From positions 20,793 through 84,792 of the forward strand of contig CAMYND010000012.1 of the NCBI GenBank assembly GCA_947259645.1: 64,000 nucleotides of DNA. Direction: 5' to 3'. The translations under genes were made by a program, and so were the position numbers. Numbering within the stretch: position 1 is the first letter of the stretch; the number at the start of each line of letters is the position of its first letter. Below the pieces are notes generated by a model. It was given only the letters and a program-made list of their open reading frames with translations. It had not been told where the DNA came from and did no database searches. This document shows, in pieces, positions 46,097-59,100 of this stretch. Source of the stretch: Thermodesulfovibrionia bacterium. GTDB taxonomy: Bacteria > Nitrospirota > Thermodesulfovibrionia > UBA6902.

Positions 46097-47401
46097 TCAA
46101 ATCCTCTCTCCCAGCAGTGAATGCATTTTTGCCTCTGTAATCTGAACACTCACAATCTTTCCGATATCTGCGTTCTGCCCAGTGAAGTTGACTATCTTGT
46201 TCGTTTCCGTGCGTCCTGTGAGTCGTTCAGGGTCAGATGCACTAACACCCTCAACAAGAATCTCAAACTCCCTGCCTATAAGAGCCCTGTTTTTCTTTAG
46301 TGTGATGGAATCCTGAAGCTGTATAATTTGAGACAGCCTCTCTGACTTATCCGCTTCATCAACGTGGTCAGGCAATGTGAGGGCTTTCGTGTCAGGCCTT
46401 CTGGAGTATTTAAAGGCATAGATACCATCATATTCGAGTTCTGTAAGGGCATGCACCGTCCGCTCATAATCCTCATCTGATTCACCAGGGAATCCTACAA
46501 TAATATCGCTAGTTACTGATATATTATTAATGTAACTTCTTATGATTTGTATTTTTTCTCTATATTCACAATACGAATAACCCCGGTTCATTAACCGGAG
46601 AATTCTGTCTGATCCTGACTGAATGGGCAGGTGTAAATGGTTGCAGACCTTTGGCAGGTCGACCATGGCCTGAATCAGCTTTTCAGAAAAATCTCTTGGA
46701 TGGGATGTAACGAACCGTATCCGTTGCATTCCGTCAATCTCATGAATTCTTTTCAATAGATCGGGGAAGTCTTTTTCACCCGGCAGTCCTTTACCGAAGG
46801 AATTAACATTTTGTCCCAGCAGCGTGACCTCTTTAAACCCCTGGTCCGCAAGAACCTGTATTTCAGCATATATATCCTCAACAGGCCTGCTGCGTTCCCT
46901 CCCTCTCGTGTAGGGGACAACACAGTAGGCACAGAAATTATCACAGCCGTACATAATAGAAACCCAGGCCTTCACCTGCCCTTCCCTCTTGAACGGTAAT
47001 TCTGTCCTGTGGTAATCAGGGTTCTCAAGGAGGGCGCTTTTTGAGGAGTTGCCATTCTTCACCCAGTTCTGGAAATTATTGATATTATCAGGTCCGAATA
47101 AGAAGTCTACATAGGGGAACCTCTTTAAAAGCTTCTCACCCCTTTGCTGGGCAATGCATCCCGCGACCGCGATTTTCAGCCCGGGGTTCTGTTTTTTGAA
47201 TTTTTTTAATCGACCGAGCTCGCTTGTAAATTTCTGTTCAGCCTTCTCGCGTATGCTGCAGGTATTTAAAACAACGATATCAGCATCTCCAGCACCTTTA
47301 ACATCTTCATATCCCGATTCCGAGAAAATACCGGCAATCTTCTCAGAGTCATGGACATTCATCTGGCATCCAAAAGTGTGAATATGGTATTTTTTACTCA
47401 T
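46097..47401 (-). CDS. miaB: tRNA i6A37 methylthiotransferase
   Basis: TFGCQMNVHDSE, NTCSIREKAE, GCDNFCAYC, LLGQNVN, TSHP, TRAM domain. Confidence 0.96.
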   Translation of the reverse strand: MSKKYHIHTFGCQMNVHDSEKIAGIFSESGYEDVKGAGDADIVVLNTCSIREKAEQKFTSELGRLKKFKKQNPGLKIAVAGCIAQQRGEKLLKRFPYVDFLFGPDNINNFQNWVKNGNSSKSALLENPDYHRTELPFKREGQVKAWVSIMYGCDNFCAYCVVPYTRGRERSRPVEDIYAEIQVLADQGFKEVTLLGQNVNSFGKGLPGEKDFPDLLKRIHEIDGMQRIRFVTSHPRDFSEKLIQAMVDLPKVCNHLHLPIQSGSDRILRLMNRGYSYCEYREKIQIIRSYINNISVTSDIIVGFPGESDEDYERTVHALTELEYDGIYAFKYSRRPDTKALTLPDHVDEADKSERLSQIIQLQDSITLKKNRALIGREFEILVEGVSASDPERLTGRTETNKIVNFTGQNADIGKIVSVQITEAKMHSLLGERI

Positions 47402-47664
47402 AAAACAATATCTTATGCGTCATGTGTTTTTAATTAAATTAAAATGTTATTAATCTATCGCGATACATATTTTACACTATTTGCAATGTGATTATAAAAA
47501 TGACGATATCATCTGTAAATTAATTTATAAACTTGGAAGGTCTTTACATGCTTTGATTTTGATATCTTCAGTCCAAAAAACTATTCGATTACTCACAACA
47601 TTTAATTCTCAATAATCTGTGATGAATTGCATAAAAAAGAAGCGGTGAAATTCTTTGTGGTGCA

Positions 47665-47826
47665 CATCTCGCCGAACGGCTTTCAAATAAAGAGATCGGC
47701 GAGCAACTCTTCATTGCAACGCCGACTGTCAAGCGTCACACGCAAACCATCTATGAGAAGCTCAACGTGAAGGGACGCCGTGATGCCGTTACGAAGGCCA
47801 TCGGGCTGGGCCTGATCTCTGACTAG
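47665..47826 (+). pseudogene. C-terminal LuxR/MalT-type HTH remnant
   Basis: HLAERLSNKEIGEQLFIATPTVKRHTQTIYEKLNVKGRRDAVTKAIGLGLISD*; in-frame TAA at 47632 and no start codon. Confidence 0.75.
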
Positions 47827-48102
47827 GCCAACTGCAAGTTCCAGGAGTTGCAAGTTAGTGACTGACTCATCAGCAAAAGTAGGAAGCACCCAGGATCAGC
47901 GTGTCCGAATCGACACCCGCGTCTGAACGATTGTGGCTTCCGATGTAAGCGAACTTCAGACCGAACCGGCCGTCAGTGAATAGCCCAGGCCAATGCCAAG
48001 GGGACATTCAGGAACTGCATGATCTTACCGAGTTCTTCAAGAAAGTTAAAGATACGGTATGCACGATTGTGATTACGTCGGAAGGATTATCTCAGAAATT
48101 GC

Positions 48103-48465
48103 CTATACCGGGAGTTCTCTGATTCGGAATCTATCATCCTCTATCATTACGATTGCTCCCTTAAGAAGCACTTCTTCAACCTGAGGAAGAATACTGTCAA
48201 GTAGAGGATTAATTCTTTCATGACTTTCATCGGATAAACGGAAAACGATCGCTGATGGTGATGATTTCTGTGATTTTGCAATTATTGCCGGAAAATCAAG
48301 ATCCATAGTGAGAATAATTCTTTGTTCATCAATTGCAATATCAACTATCTCACTATCTTTTGCTTTCGGTATCCCTTTTTCACTTATGCGATAAATATCA
48401 TGACCGGAAGAACGAAGATGATTTACGGTTTTGGGAGAGATAGGCATATCTGCCAGGAACTTCAT
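48103..48465 (-). CDS. DUF5615 PIN-like toxin
   Basis: MKFLADM, D.EI...A....RIILTMDLDF, RIRELP; coupled to the DUF433 gene. Confidence 0.85.
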   Translation of the reverse strand: MKFLADMPISPKTVNHLRSSGHDIYRISEKGIPKAKDSEIVDIAIDEQRIILTMDLDFPAIIAKSQKSSPSAIVFRLSDESHERINPLLDSILPQVEEVLLKGAIVMIEDDRFRIRELPV

Positions 48466-48701
48466 TTATGGATTTCCGATATGGCTACGTTCTTGTCGCT
48501 TGCCAGCCATGCAGCATACTCAATGCACTGTTTTATATCTTCTTCCTCAATTTCAGGGTAATCATCAATTATTTCTGGATGAGACTTGCCAGCAGCAAGA
48601 AGCTTAAGAACGAGAGTTACAGGTATTCTCATTCCCCTTATGCAGGGCTGACCTTGAAATACTTCAGGGTCAATAGTAATCCGGTCCATTGTCTTAAACA
48701 T
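48462..48701 (-). CDS. DUF433 antitoxin
   Basis: RITIDPEVFQGQPCIRGMRIPV...YPEI..EDI....YAA. Confidence 0.9.
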   Translation of the reverse strand: MFKTMDRITIDPEVFQGQPCIRGMRIPVTLVLKLLAAGKSHPEIIDDYPEIEEEDIKQCIEYAAWLASDKNVAISEIHK

Positions 48702-48839
48702 TTCTCTACCTCCCTGTCTGATATTTTACCACAACTCAACGAGGAATCCATGTCATCCTTGAACAGGAGTTTCCCCAAATTTAAGCCCTGTCATGATTTT
48801 GAATATCCTAGCATATAACCATGATATTATCACCCTTTG

Positions 48840-49007
48840 GAAAAGGTCGATCCGAATGCATGGTTTCGGAATGTGGAAATTATTGCAGCCCAAAAAATCG
48901 GTCGGGAGACGGTGCACTATGTGATCAGTGTTTATAAATACTACACTGCCTATAAATTGCTTCTGGACAAAGGCCGACTGCAGAAAGAAGCCGGGAAAAG
49001 TCACTGA
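48840..49007 (+). pseudogene. C-terminal remnant of an MltF-like lytic transglycosylase
   Basis: EKVDPNAWFRNVEIIAAQKIGRETVHYVISVYKYYTAYKLL...* resembles the DPNxWFxNVE...IGRETVxYV C-terminus; the N-terminal part is absent. Confidence 0.65.
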
Positions 49008-49456
49008 CAAAAAAGAAATAAGTGACATGCAATCTGAACTGATTCTCTTCTCAAAATGGCACATATATAATTGTTTAAAAAACACAAAAATAAATTATTT
49101 GCAATAATATATATGTCAATTTGTTGAAATACTGCAAGCATTTGATATACTTGAGATTAAACTTATCTTTGAGTAATTTACGAAAAGTGGATTTGGAAAC
49201 AAAATTTATGATGACGGATTAGCGAAAAACTTCCAATTATGCTTTAACCCCAGACATTTAAACGCTTTAAAAGCCCCAAAATCATAGTGAGGTACTTACA
49301 CTTTCGGTTAGCCCATGGTCTTTATATAGTATTTTTTATTCATAAATCAATAACTTATGCCTCATCTGTATTCATTGCAGAATTATAATTGTGAATTGTA
49401 TTTTACAATATTTCATTGGAGGAATAGTTGTGATATTGCATTCGAACTGGCAGTAC

Positions 49457-49732
49457 TCAGGCAATCTTTATTTTGAGCTGCTTCCCCAAAGCTGATGCAA
49501 CACGCTCAAGTGTTGATAGCTTGATATCTTCAGCATGATTTTCTATCCTGGAAATAGCAGTCTTCTTCGTCTTCAGCCTGCGAGCCAGTTCCTCCTGAGT
49601 AAGCCCGGCAGATTCACGAGCCTGCTTAAGCATAACACCGATCTTGAACTGTTCAAATCCTTCGTCATAGTCTTTAGCGAACTTGCGGTCTCTCTTCTTT
49701 CTCGTAGCAATATACTTTTTTAAATCGCTCAT
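49457..49732 (-). CDS. XRE-family HTH antitoxin (HigA-like)
   Basis: [31 protein letters not shown]...[12 protein letters not shown]. Confidence 0.88.
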   Translation of the reverse strand: MSDLKKYIATRKKRDRKFAKDYDEGFEQFKIGVMLKQARESAGLTQEELARRLKTKKTAISRIENHAEDIKLSTLERVASALGKQLKIKIA

Positions 49733-49894
49733 TTTGTTTTCCTCCTTTTCAGGAAATCCTTTTTATAAGCTTCTGCTTTCTCGATCTCTCTCTTCGGGGT
49801 TTTCTGTGTCTTTTTAACTAACCCGTGAGTCAGGACAACTAACAGGTTTTCCTATAAATAAACAGAAGACTCTATAGGCATTTGAGCCATGCTG
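49729..49894 (-). pseudogene. Truncated and frameshifted RelE/HigB (Gp49-like) toxin
   Basis: QHGSNAYRVFCLF / frameshift / [32 protein letters not shown]...*; the stop overlaps the antitoxin ATG; 5' half absent. Confidence 0.8.
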
Positions 49895-50123
49895 AAAGGT
49901 TTAAAAAACAAAGGTCCTGCCCATAGAGCTATGTTAACTTGTATGTTAACATTTGTCGAGGCGGGATAAGCTGACTAAACCTGCATGTAGTTGTTACCGA
50001 TACTGTGAAATTAATAAATTGATGCGTTTTCAAAATCTAAATCAGGCTGGGATTGGTGGATTTAAGATTTATAATGTATACAGAAAGTCGTATTTGAGGA
50101 AATGTAACACAGGAGTATCCATA

Positions 50124-53100
50124 TCAATACTGGCCAACCCCATTAATGAACCAGCCGTGACTCCGGTAGTCAAGGTCTGTGAGGTCATCGTCAAAATCAG
50201 TAAAATTGTATCCAAGGCCAAGCTTAAAATATTTATTCATGCGCCGGTAGATGCCGATAATGAGGCCATGGCGCTGGTCATCTGCTTCCTGTACTCGCAG
50301 CCACTGATATTTCAGCAGTCCGTCCCACTTTTCGTGGAGATAGTAACGACCGATAATTGCAGCATAATCAACTTGTGTATCATACCAGTCCCCGTCACCT
50401 CGCTCTTCCCTGATCTGTCCCAGTTTATATGCGTATTTGGCCCCCACCTCAATGCTGTGTCCCAAATCATAAATTCCTTCCAAAGAGAAGACATGTGACT
50501 GTTCATCCAGATTATCTCCATCATCCTGCCCGGGCCCCCCAAGGTCATAGAGATAGGTATACTTGCCCAACATATTCAACCGGTCGTCTGAAACCGGGCG
50601 GTAGGCAAAACCTAAATCAGCTTCAATAAATTGCGCGTCACCATCAGGATCGATCCTGTCATCAGTATTGGAGATATTCAGTTTTCCCAACAGCGTTAAC
50701 CAGTCATATGCCTGATAGTTAATAGAGTTTGTTGTTAGCCACTGTTGTATCTCTTCCTGCCCGCTATCGTGGCGATACTCAAGTTTAGTTCCCGAACGTG
50801 TTTTATCATCTTTATAATTAAGTGAGACCGTTCCGACATTCCGCTCAGTGTCACCCGTTGACCCCTCTGTATCGCTTGACTGGAAGGAAATACCAAGGGT
50901 TGTCCATTTTGAAAGAGCATAGTCAAGCCCATATACCTGAGCAATGCCTGCCTGTACATCACCATGGTTGTACTGATGTTCCGTATACACATTGAGCTGG
51001 TTGCTTATTGCACTGCGCTGCCCGATAGTAAAAATACCGCGGCTGCCGTCAGTGCGGTCCTTTGAAAGGGTATACGTCCCGTAGATGGTTCTCGTGTCAC
51101 TTTGAGCATAGTCTGCACCGAGATTCACAGAACTTCCCCGGTCACCCGCACTGACTTCAGCACTGACAAATAATTTACGTATGATTTTTGCTCTTATACC
51201 AAGAGTCGCCATTTTATTGTTTTTATAGTATTCGTTTTTATCGAGCATTAATTGACCTGCGCCATATACATTGATATGAGGGGTTATATCATAGGCGAGA
51301 CGCAGGGCACCGAGAGTTCCTTGTACTTTATTCTCATCTGCCGGCTCCTCTGTAGTATGTCGCACTTCACTGCTCACCGTCCACTTATCGCCGACTCTGT
51401 AGTCTGCCTGCAGGCTTAAGGCCTTTTCTCTTTTCACTGTAGCCTGACTCAGCACGGTCCCTCGAAGAGACAGGGATAGCTCATCTGTTATGTTACCGTG
51501 GCCCTCTACACCGTATTCAACAGTCTTGTACCGATCGCTGAGGCGAGAGATTGAAAAACCGTCATCCCGTTCTTTCCACCATGCTGCTACAGCACCATCG
51601 TATTTGTTATCTGACATCTCAAGGAGATTCATACGTGCCTCGAGACTGACCGCATGACCGCTGATATCATTTGATGAAGTTATTGGATTCTTATCTGTAA
51701 AGCCCAGTCCACCATCACTTGAGGTGAAGGCATAATTACTTTGGCGGGCATCACTGGCAGCGAATTCTCCTTTTAAATACGTACCTCTTCCTGCCTTGAC
51801 GGTTACGTCAAATCCTTTGAGTTCATAGTCGGTGTTATCTCTGTTCTCATGAACATACGTTCCGCCAATGGCAATATGGTCACTAATCCAGCCTTTACCG
51901 CGCGCACCATATGTAGCCTTGTCAGCATCAAACCCACTGGGCACATACTCATAGTCAACCATTAAAAAGACATCATTTCCGTCCAGCGGCTTATCTTTGA
52001 TAATAGATGGACCGCTTTGATTCGCAATCTGGGTGAGAGGGCGTGAAAGTATAATCCGCCCCTGGATCTCATCAATCTCATAATCACGACCGCGCACAAG
52101 AGGAATATTCTCAACAACACGCTCAGTGTCACGCCCGCGTATTTCTACCCATATTTTTTCAGATCCCTGAACAAGATCAGTATTTTTCAAATAATAAAGG
52201 CTTCCGCCCGTTGCTTTGAGTTCATTATGGGCAAATGCGGTCTGAGCCTCTGACGCAAAGGCTGCCAATTCAGTACCGGTCAAACTGGTATTATAATTCC
52301 CCCACAGGACCTGGGACTTGTCCCAATCAACGCGCACATAAAACTTACCCTGGCTGTCGGTATCCTGAATAGTTGTTGAATCATCGCCATATACAGGATA
52401 AAAACGGTCAGGATCGAGTCGTCTGAAAACAGCGCGAGGATCTTTTTTATGGAGGTTACTGAATATATTATTGAGTTCATCTTCCTGCGTATCCATCTGG
52501 GCAGTAACCAGGTACTTCCCTTTGATTTTCCCCTTGAGGTAAAATGCCAGGCGCCCGTCTACAAAGACTTCTTCATCGAAGTGGTCATCAACAGACACTG
52601 GTTCAACGCTGCCGGATATGTTGTTTTCACCAACCGTTAAATCCGCTATGCCGACCATGAAGAAATAGTTTTCTGTCACATCAAGAGAAAGCTCCCTTTT
52701 CCATATCGCACCCCTTCTGTCAATAATATCTACTCTGAACGTATGCTGACCGGAAGCGAGAAGATGCTCAACAGCAAAGCTGCCATCGCTGTCGAGAGGG
52801 ACAGATTCATCATTTACCTTTAATGTGTACCCCTCCGGGATATCTGACCCATGGATCCTCACCCGGCTCCCGGCAATCGGTATCGTCTGCCGTGCCAAAT
52901 GGGACTCACCGTAGATTTCAGCGCCTTTGAACGTACCTTCGCCGGACTGTTCTTTCGTAGTGATTGAGGTGTCATCATATTCATTTACAAGATAAAGCCT
53001 TCGTGGTTTTGTTTGATCCAGATGGCCCTCACTATCATAAACTCTCAGTACATAGAGGAGTTCTTTTCCGGCACTCAGTCTGATATCTGAATCAGTTTCT

Positions 53101-56100
53101 CCTGACCATTGTACCGTGTCAGCCAGGCTGATCTTATTGCCCTTAATGACTTTAAGTGGCTTTACAAAATCAGTATCAGTTGCATGGGTAATTATTAATT
53201 CCCAATGATCAATAAAAGACCGGTAGTTTGAATATATACTAAAATCGACCGGTTTAATGAGACTTCCATCTCTTGTCATCACATTTGTTGTAGCTGTTAT
53301 ATCGAGACGCGGATCAACAATGGCAGGGTCCTGGGTTGCCCATATAACGCCGCCATCAGGAAGCCTCAGCCTGCTTCTGAGTTCCATGGAAGCCGGTTGA
53401 TTCTCCACCACCTTGCGCTTTTCTGCAGGGACTTTTTCTTCAATTACCTTCACAATAATTTCATCGTACCAGATCTCAACCTCAACCCGGCGATTCTGTG
53501 CCCTACCTTCAGGTGTGTCATTGTCAGCTATTGGTTCGTTGGGCCCTTTTCCCTCATAAGTCATGAACTCACCCGGAAGCTGGATTGCCTCCCGCAGGAC
53601 CTCTCCTGCCATTTCCGCTCGAGCTCGAGACAGACCATAATTGTTTTTATAGAGCTTCCTTGTGCGAGGTTTGACTACAGGTTTATTATCAGTGTGGCCA
53701 ATTATGTGCAGTCGGAGGTTTTTCTTGCCAGAAAGACCGTCTATTACCGTAATTAATGACTTTTTATCCGTCTCGCTGATGCGTGAATTGCCCGATTGAA
53801 AACGCAGAGGTTCTATAATATATTTCAGTTTTACTGTCTTTGTTTCGATAATTTTTCTTTGTTTTATCGTAAAGTTGCCGGAACTGTCAGAACCTGTAGC
53901 ATTCTTGTCCCGGTCAACTATTTCCATTGTGTATCCATTACTTCCGGAACAGACTGCGGTTTGACATTCTCTGCTTTTTTCAGGAAATTCATCTGCGTGT
54001 GCGGTGCCTATAAAAATATCACCGAGCATCCCGAATATGTCACCTATCATCGGCAGCACTGATCCTGATTCTCCGGAATCCTTAATCTTATCAGGTGATT
54101 CAGTTTTTGATGATGAGTCGATCAAAATGATTTTCAGATTTTTCATGATCTCTTCACCGAGGAGTTCTGTGAGAGCTTTTCGCAGACTATCTGCACGTCG
54201 AAGAGAAAGATCTTCCCGGGGATTCTCCAGAGCAACTCTTATTGTTCCATGGCGGTAAACTCTTATGGCACTTGCAATCTTCTCAATATTTGGTCGATAT
54301 TCCGAGCGGATACTGGATTGGCCGGCTTCGAAAAAGAGTTCACCCAGGTTTACCTTGACTTCTTTTTCAGGCAATGCCTGTGCTGGCAATTTTATGCCAA
54401 AGTTAATCTTACTCATTATCCCCTGGGTTATGCGCAGCACCCGCGGGTTTTCAGTAGTAAAGAGCGCACCCTGCGGCAATGTTGCGGAATCAACCTTGAT
54501 TATGAAATTGCGGCCGCGCTCGAATCGTCCGCCATCTACATCTGCTATGTGGTAGCGGCCATAAGAATCTGTTTCAATAAGAAGCCCGGAAGGAGTTGCC
54601 AGCCTGACTCCGGGAATTCCCTGTTCATGAATACCATGGTTTGTGATGGTAATCACTAACTCGTGATGGGTAGCACTCGGTGGTGTTGATGTACCGATAG
54701 GCTTACCTTCAACATTAATGGTTCTTTTCACCACAATATTCTGTCCTGTTAATCCACGGGCTTTATCTCCTCTATGTTCAGCCCTGATATTTCCTTCTTC
54801 GTCAATAATAAGCCGTGTGCCCTCTTTTGTTGTGATGATTATGTCAGAGAGGACAGCTGTATTTACCGTCGTTCGAATAATAACCTGATGATTATCAGGC
54901 AGATCAGACTCACTGCTCCGTCCAGGCAAACTGCCAACTGATATTCCTACCTCCGGGGATATATAATTTTCCTCTGCTTTCCGTGCTCCGTCACCAAAAT
55001 CAATAGTCGTATTGCTTATGTCAATCAGATCAGTCTTTATGTAAATGTCCAGAGCATCAGCAGAATCCTGCCACCCGTCTTCATCGCGGTCATTGAAGAC
55101 CTTACCAATAATTGTTGTTTTCTCAAATATCGGATCAGCAATAACCACAACGCTTTCAATGGCAGTATTCCCTATAATATTGTTATTAAAATATGGTGTT
55201 GCCCGGTTGATATATTCACCCTGAGTAATACCTGAACCGGCCCGGAGCAGATACCTGAATTGCACTTTTTCATTTCCGGCAAGGTCTATAGGCTCAAAAA
55301 TCAAGGGCCTGTAACCAGTGACGCTGATAGATGATTTGATGTCATCAGAGGTATTTATCAGTCCATCGGCTCCTGCACGCACCAACCTGGCTGAGGTATC
55401 CACATATTTAAAACCGGCTGGAATTAAGTCATGGAGAGTTATGTTGTTTATCAACATTGATTGTGTGTTTTCAGCGGTGACAGTATAGCTCACCATGTCA
55501 CCTATAGTAACTTCCTTTTTTGATGCCTTCTTTGTGAGCAGTATTGATCCGGATGACGGCGGATCAAGAGGGATGTCGTTGCCGATAAGGTCACCGCTCC
55601 CAACAATAAACCTGAATGCGAGGTAATACACGCCGGTATTAATTCCATCCGGATTATTCACTGCTGGTCCTGGTAATGGATCAGGAGCTGCCGATGGAGG
55701 GATAAGAGTTGATCTGAAGCTATAACTTGCATTCGGGGGTGTTACCTCGATAACATAGCTGGCAATGCCTGCAAGTGCCCACGCGTATGCTCCATCTGCA
55801 GCAGTTACCTGAGTAAAGGCCACAAAATCTCCCGCATCAATTACTCCATTGGTATTGTTGTCCTGGTAGATATTAACAACAGCATTTTCAATCGGATCCC
55901 CTGTTACCGCGTCGTAGACAATACCAGCAGGATCAATATATGGAAAATTAGCGATTACAGTACCGCCGGGAACCACATTAACCTGCCGTTGAGAACCTCT
56001 GAATGTACTGTTTGGCTGATCCACAACAACCATCACCGGACTTTCCATGACATTTGCAAAGGTATAGAACCCGTTAGCATCCGTAGTGGTTGTCTGTAAT

Positions 56101-59100
56101 ATAATGTCATCAGAAGTTCCACTCATCCCGTCAGGTCCAGGTGCAAGCAATTGAACCGGGATACCTATGAATTCTTCGCCGCCGGTTATAGAATTGTCAT
56201 AATTCAGATCATGAAAAACATTGCCCTCGACAATACCGCCATTGTCATCGTTTACAACAGTGGCTGTTGCCTGGTTGTCAGAGAGAGTGACGCCTCCTGT
56301 TTCATTACTGAGGTTAATGGTAAATATTTCGTTTGATTCCGAAGTTGTATCACCCGTTACATTTACCGTAATGTCCTTGCTGGTATCACCGGGCAGGAAG
56401 GAGAGCGTCGTTGTTGCAACCGCAGTATAATCACTATCTGCGACAGTGGCTGTTCCATCAGCTGTAGCATAATCAACGGTGATGGTACTGTCGCTGGGAT
56501 TGCTTAAGCTGACGGTGAATGTATAGGTTGTTATACCGGAATTGCCTTCTGCCTGTGATACATCGTTGATGCTGATGCTGGTGCTGTCATCATTATTAAT
56601 AGTTCCCTGTCCCTGATTGTCTACTATTGATATATCAGTTCCGGTTTCGTTGGAGAGATCGAGAGTAAAGGTCTCATTTGACTCTACCGTTGTGTCACCG
56701 GTCACAGTCACTGTTACGCTCTTGCTGGTCTCACCCGGGAGGAATGTGAGTGTCGTAGCGGAAATAGCTGTATAATCAGAGTCAGCAGCGGTCGCAGTCC
56801 CGTCATTTGTTGCATAATCAACGGTAACAGTGCCGGCACTGGGATTGGACAGGCTTACCGCATAGGTAAATGAAGTTGTCCCGGAATTACCCTCGGCGAT
56901 GGCAATGTCATTAATACTGATAGTCGCGCTGTCATCATTGTTCAGTGTTCCCACTCCCTGACTATCAGCGATTGTTGCTCCAGTCCCGCTTGTCAGGTCA
57001 ACGGTAAAGGTTTCATCTGTTTCTACAGTAGTATCACCGTTTGTGCTAACAGTGATATTCTTGCTGATCTCACCGGGGAGAAACGTGAGCGTGGTAGTCG
57101 AGATAGCTGAATAATCAGTGTCAGCTACGGTGGCAGTCCCGTCGTTTGTTGCATAATCAACGGTAACAGTGCTGGCACTGGGATTTGAAAGGGTTACATT
57201 AAAGGTAAATATTGTTGTGCCGGAATCACCTTCGGTGATGGCGGCATCATTAATTGAAATAGTGGTACCATCGTCATTGTTAATGGTTCCCTGCCCCTGA
57301 TTGTCCGCTATTGAGACATCAGATCCGGTTTCATTGAAGAGATCAACCGTAAAGGTCTCATTTGACTCTACGGTTGTATCACCGGTCACATTCACTGTAA
57401 CGTTCTTGCTGGTCTCATTGGGGAGAAAGGTGAGCGTGGTAGTCGAGATAGCTGAATAATCGGTATCAGCTACGGTGGCAGTCCCGTCGTTTGTTGCATA
57501 ATCAACGGTAACAGTGCCGTCACTGGGATTTGAAAGGGTTACATCAAAGGTAAATGAAGTTGTAGCGGCATTACCCTCGGCAGTGGCAATATCATTAATG
57601 CTTATAGCCGTACTGTCATCGTTGTTGAGTGTTCCCACACCCTGGCTGTCTGCTATAAATGCTCCAGAAGGGCTGGTCAGATCAACCGTAAAGGTCTCAT
57701 TTGACTCTACGGTTGTATCACCGGTCACATTCACTGTAACGTTTTTGCTGGTCTCACCGGGGAGAAAGGTGAGCGTGGTAGTAGAGATAGCTGAATAATC
57801 ACTGTCAGCTTCAGTGGCAGTCCCATCGTTTGTTGCATAATCAACAGTAACAGTGCCGGCACTGGAGTTGGAAAGGGTCAGGTCAAAGGTAAATGATGTT
57901 GTGCCTGAATTGCCCTCGGCTATAGCTACGTCATTGATTGAGATCGTTGGCAGTACCGTCAATGTGACCGGGCCGAATGCTGAGCCTGTCAGCCCCACAG
58001 GACCTGAAGCAGATGGTGCGCTCGTGGTGTTATTGTTTGTGCTGGTGGCACTGACACTTTGCGTGATCGTACAGGTGCCGCCGGGCACAATGGTGCCGCT
58101 ATTGAAACCTACAGTCGTGTCGCCATTGACTCCTCCGGTGAGGGTTGCGCTGCCAGCTCCGCTGCAGACCACACTGCCCGCGGCATTGTTAACCAGCGTG
58201 CCCGTATATATGTCGTTGATGCTGACACCGGTCAGATTGCCGGGATTGCCAGCCGGGTTGCTCACTGTGATTACCATGCTGGATGTGCCGCCTGCGGAGA
58301 TTGATGTCGGGGTGAAACTCTTCGTAACTATCGGTTTGGCATAGACATTTATCGTATCTGATGCTGGTCCGGCATTGTTGCCGGATGATGTCTGCAAGGC
58401 GCCGGCTGGAATCGTATTTGTAGCAGTACCCTCGGTGCTGCTCGTAACATTAACAACAACAGTACATCCGCCTGACGATATGGATGTGCCGCTGGCAATC
58501 GTGAAATTCGTTGCAGATGCCAAAGCACTGACTCCGGCACAGCTACCTGTATTTCCCGCTGTATTAATGGTCATACCGGTCGGGAAGGTGTCGGTAAAGA
58601 TGCTCGTGAGCGTGATTGCCCCTACATTCGAGTTACCAATGGTAACGGTAAGGTCAGTATTATCACCGCTGGCAAGATCGCTTGCAGCAAATGACTTTGT
58701 TATGGTCGGAACAACAGTATCATTATCCGTAATAGTCCCGGTGCCGGTATCAGAGTCACCAACAGCGGTATTGGAAGCGGTCAGATTGACCGTATAGGTC
58801 TCACTTGCTGCTTCCAAAAGTGCACCTCCGGTTGCCGTAACATCAGCAAACCCAACCGTGACGGTAAAGGCGCCTGCTGCCACTTCATTATCCAGCGTAA
58901 CGGTATAGAGCATTCCGGTGCCCTCAGTTTCGGTTACATTATCCACCGTAACAGATGCGCTGTCATTGTCCGTAATAGTCCCGGTGCCGGTATCAGAGTC
59001 ACCAACCGCGGTATTGGAAGCGGTCAGATTGACCGTATAGGTTTCACTTGCTGCTTCCAAAAGCGCATCATCCAGGGTTGGCACGGTAAACTGCTGTGTC

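Noticed and set aside
47830-48100. GC-richer stretch as an IS end or attC site
   Set aside because: No terminal inverted repeats, transposase fragment or R/L box pairing could be established by eye
56240-57950. Regular repeats as a CRISPR array
   Set aside because: They are ~340-bp in-frame coding repeats with no repeat-spacer pattern, and no cas genes are present
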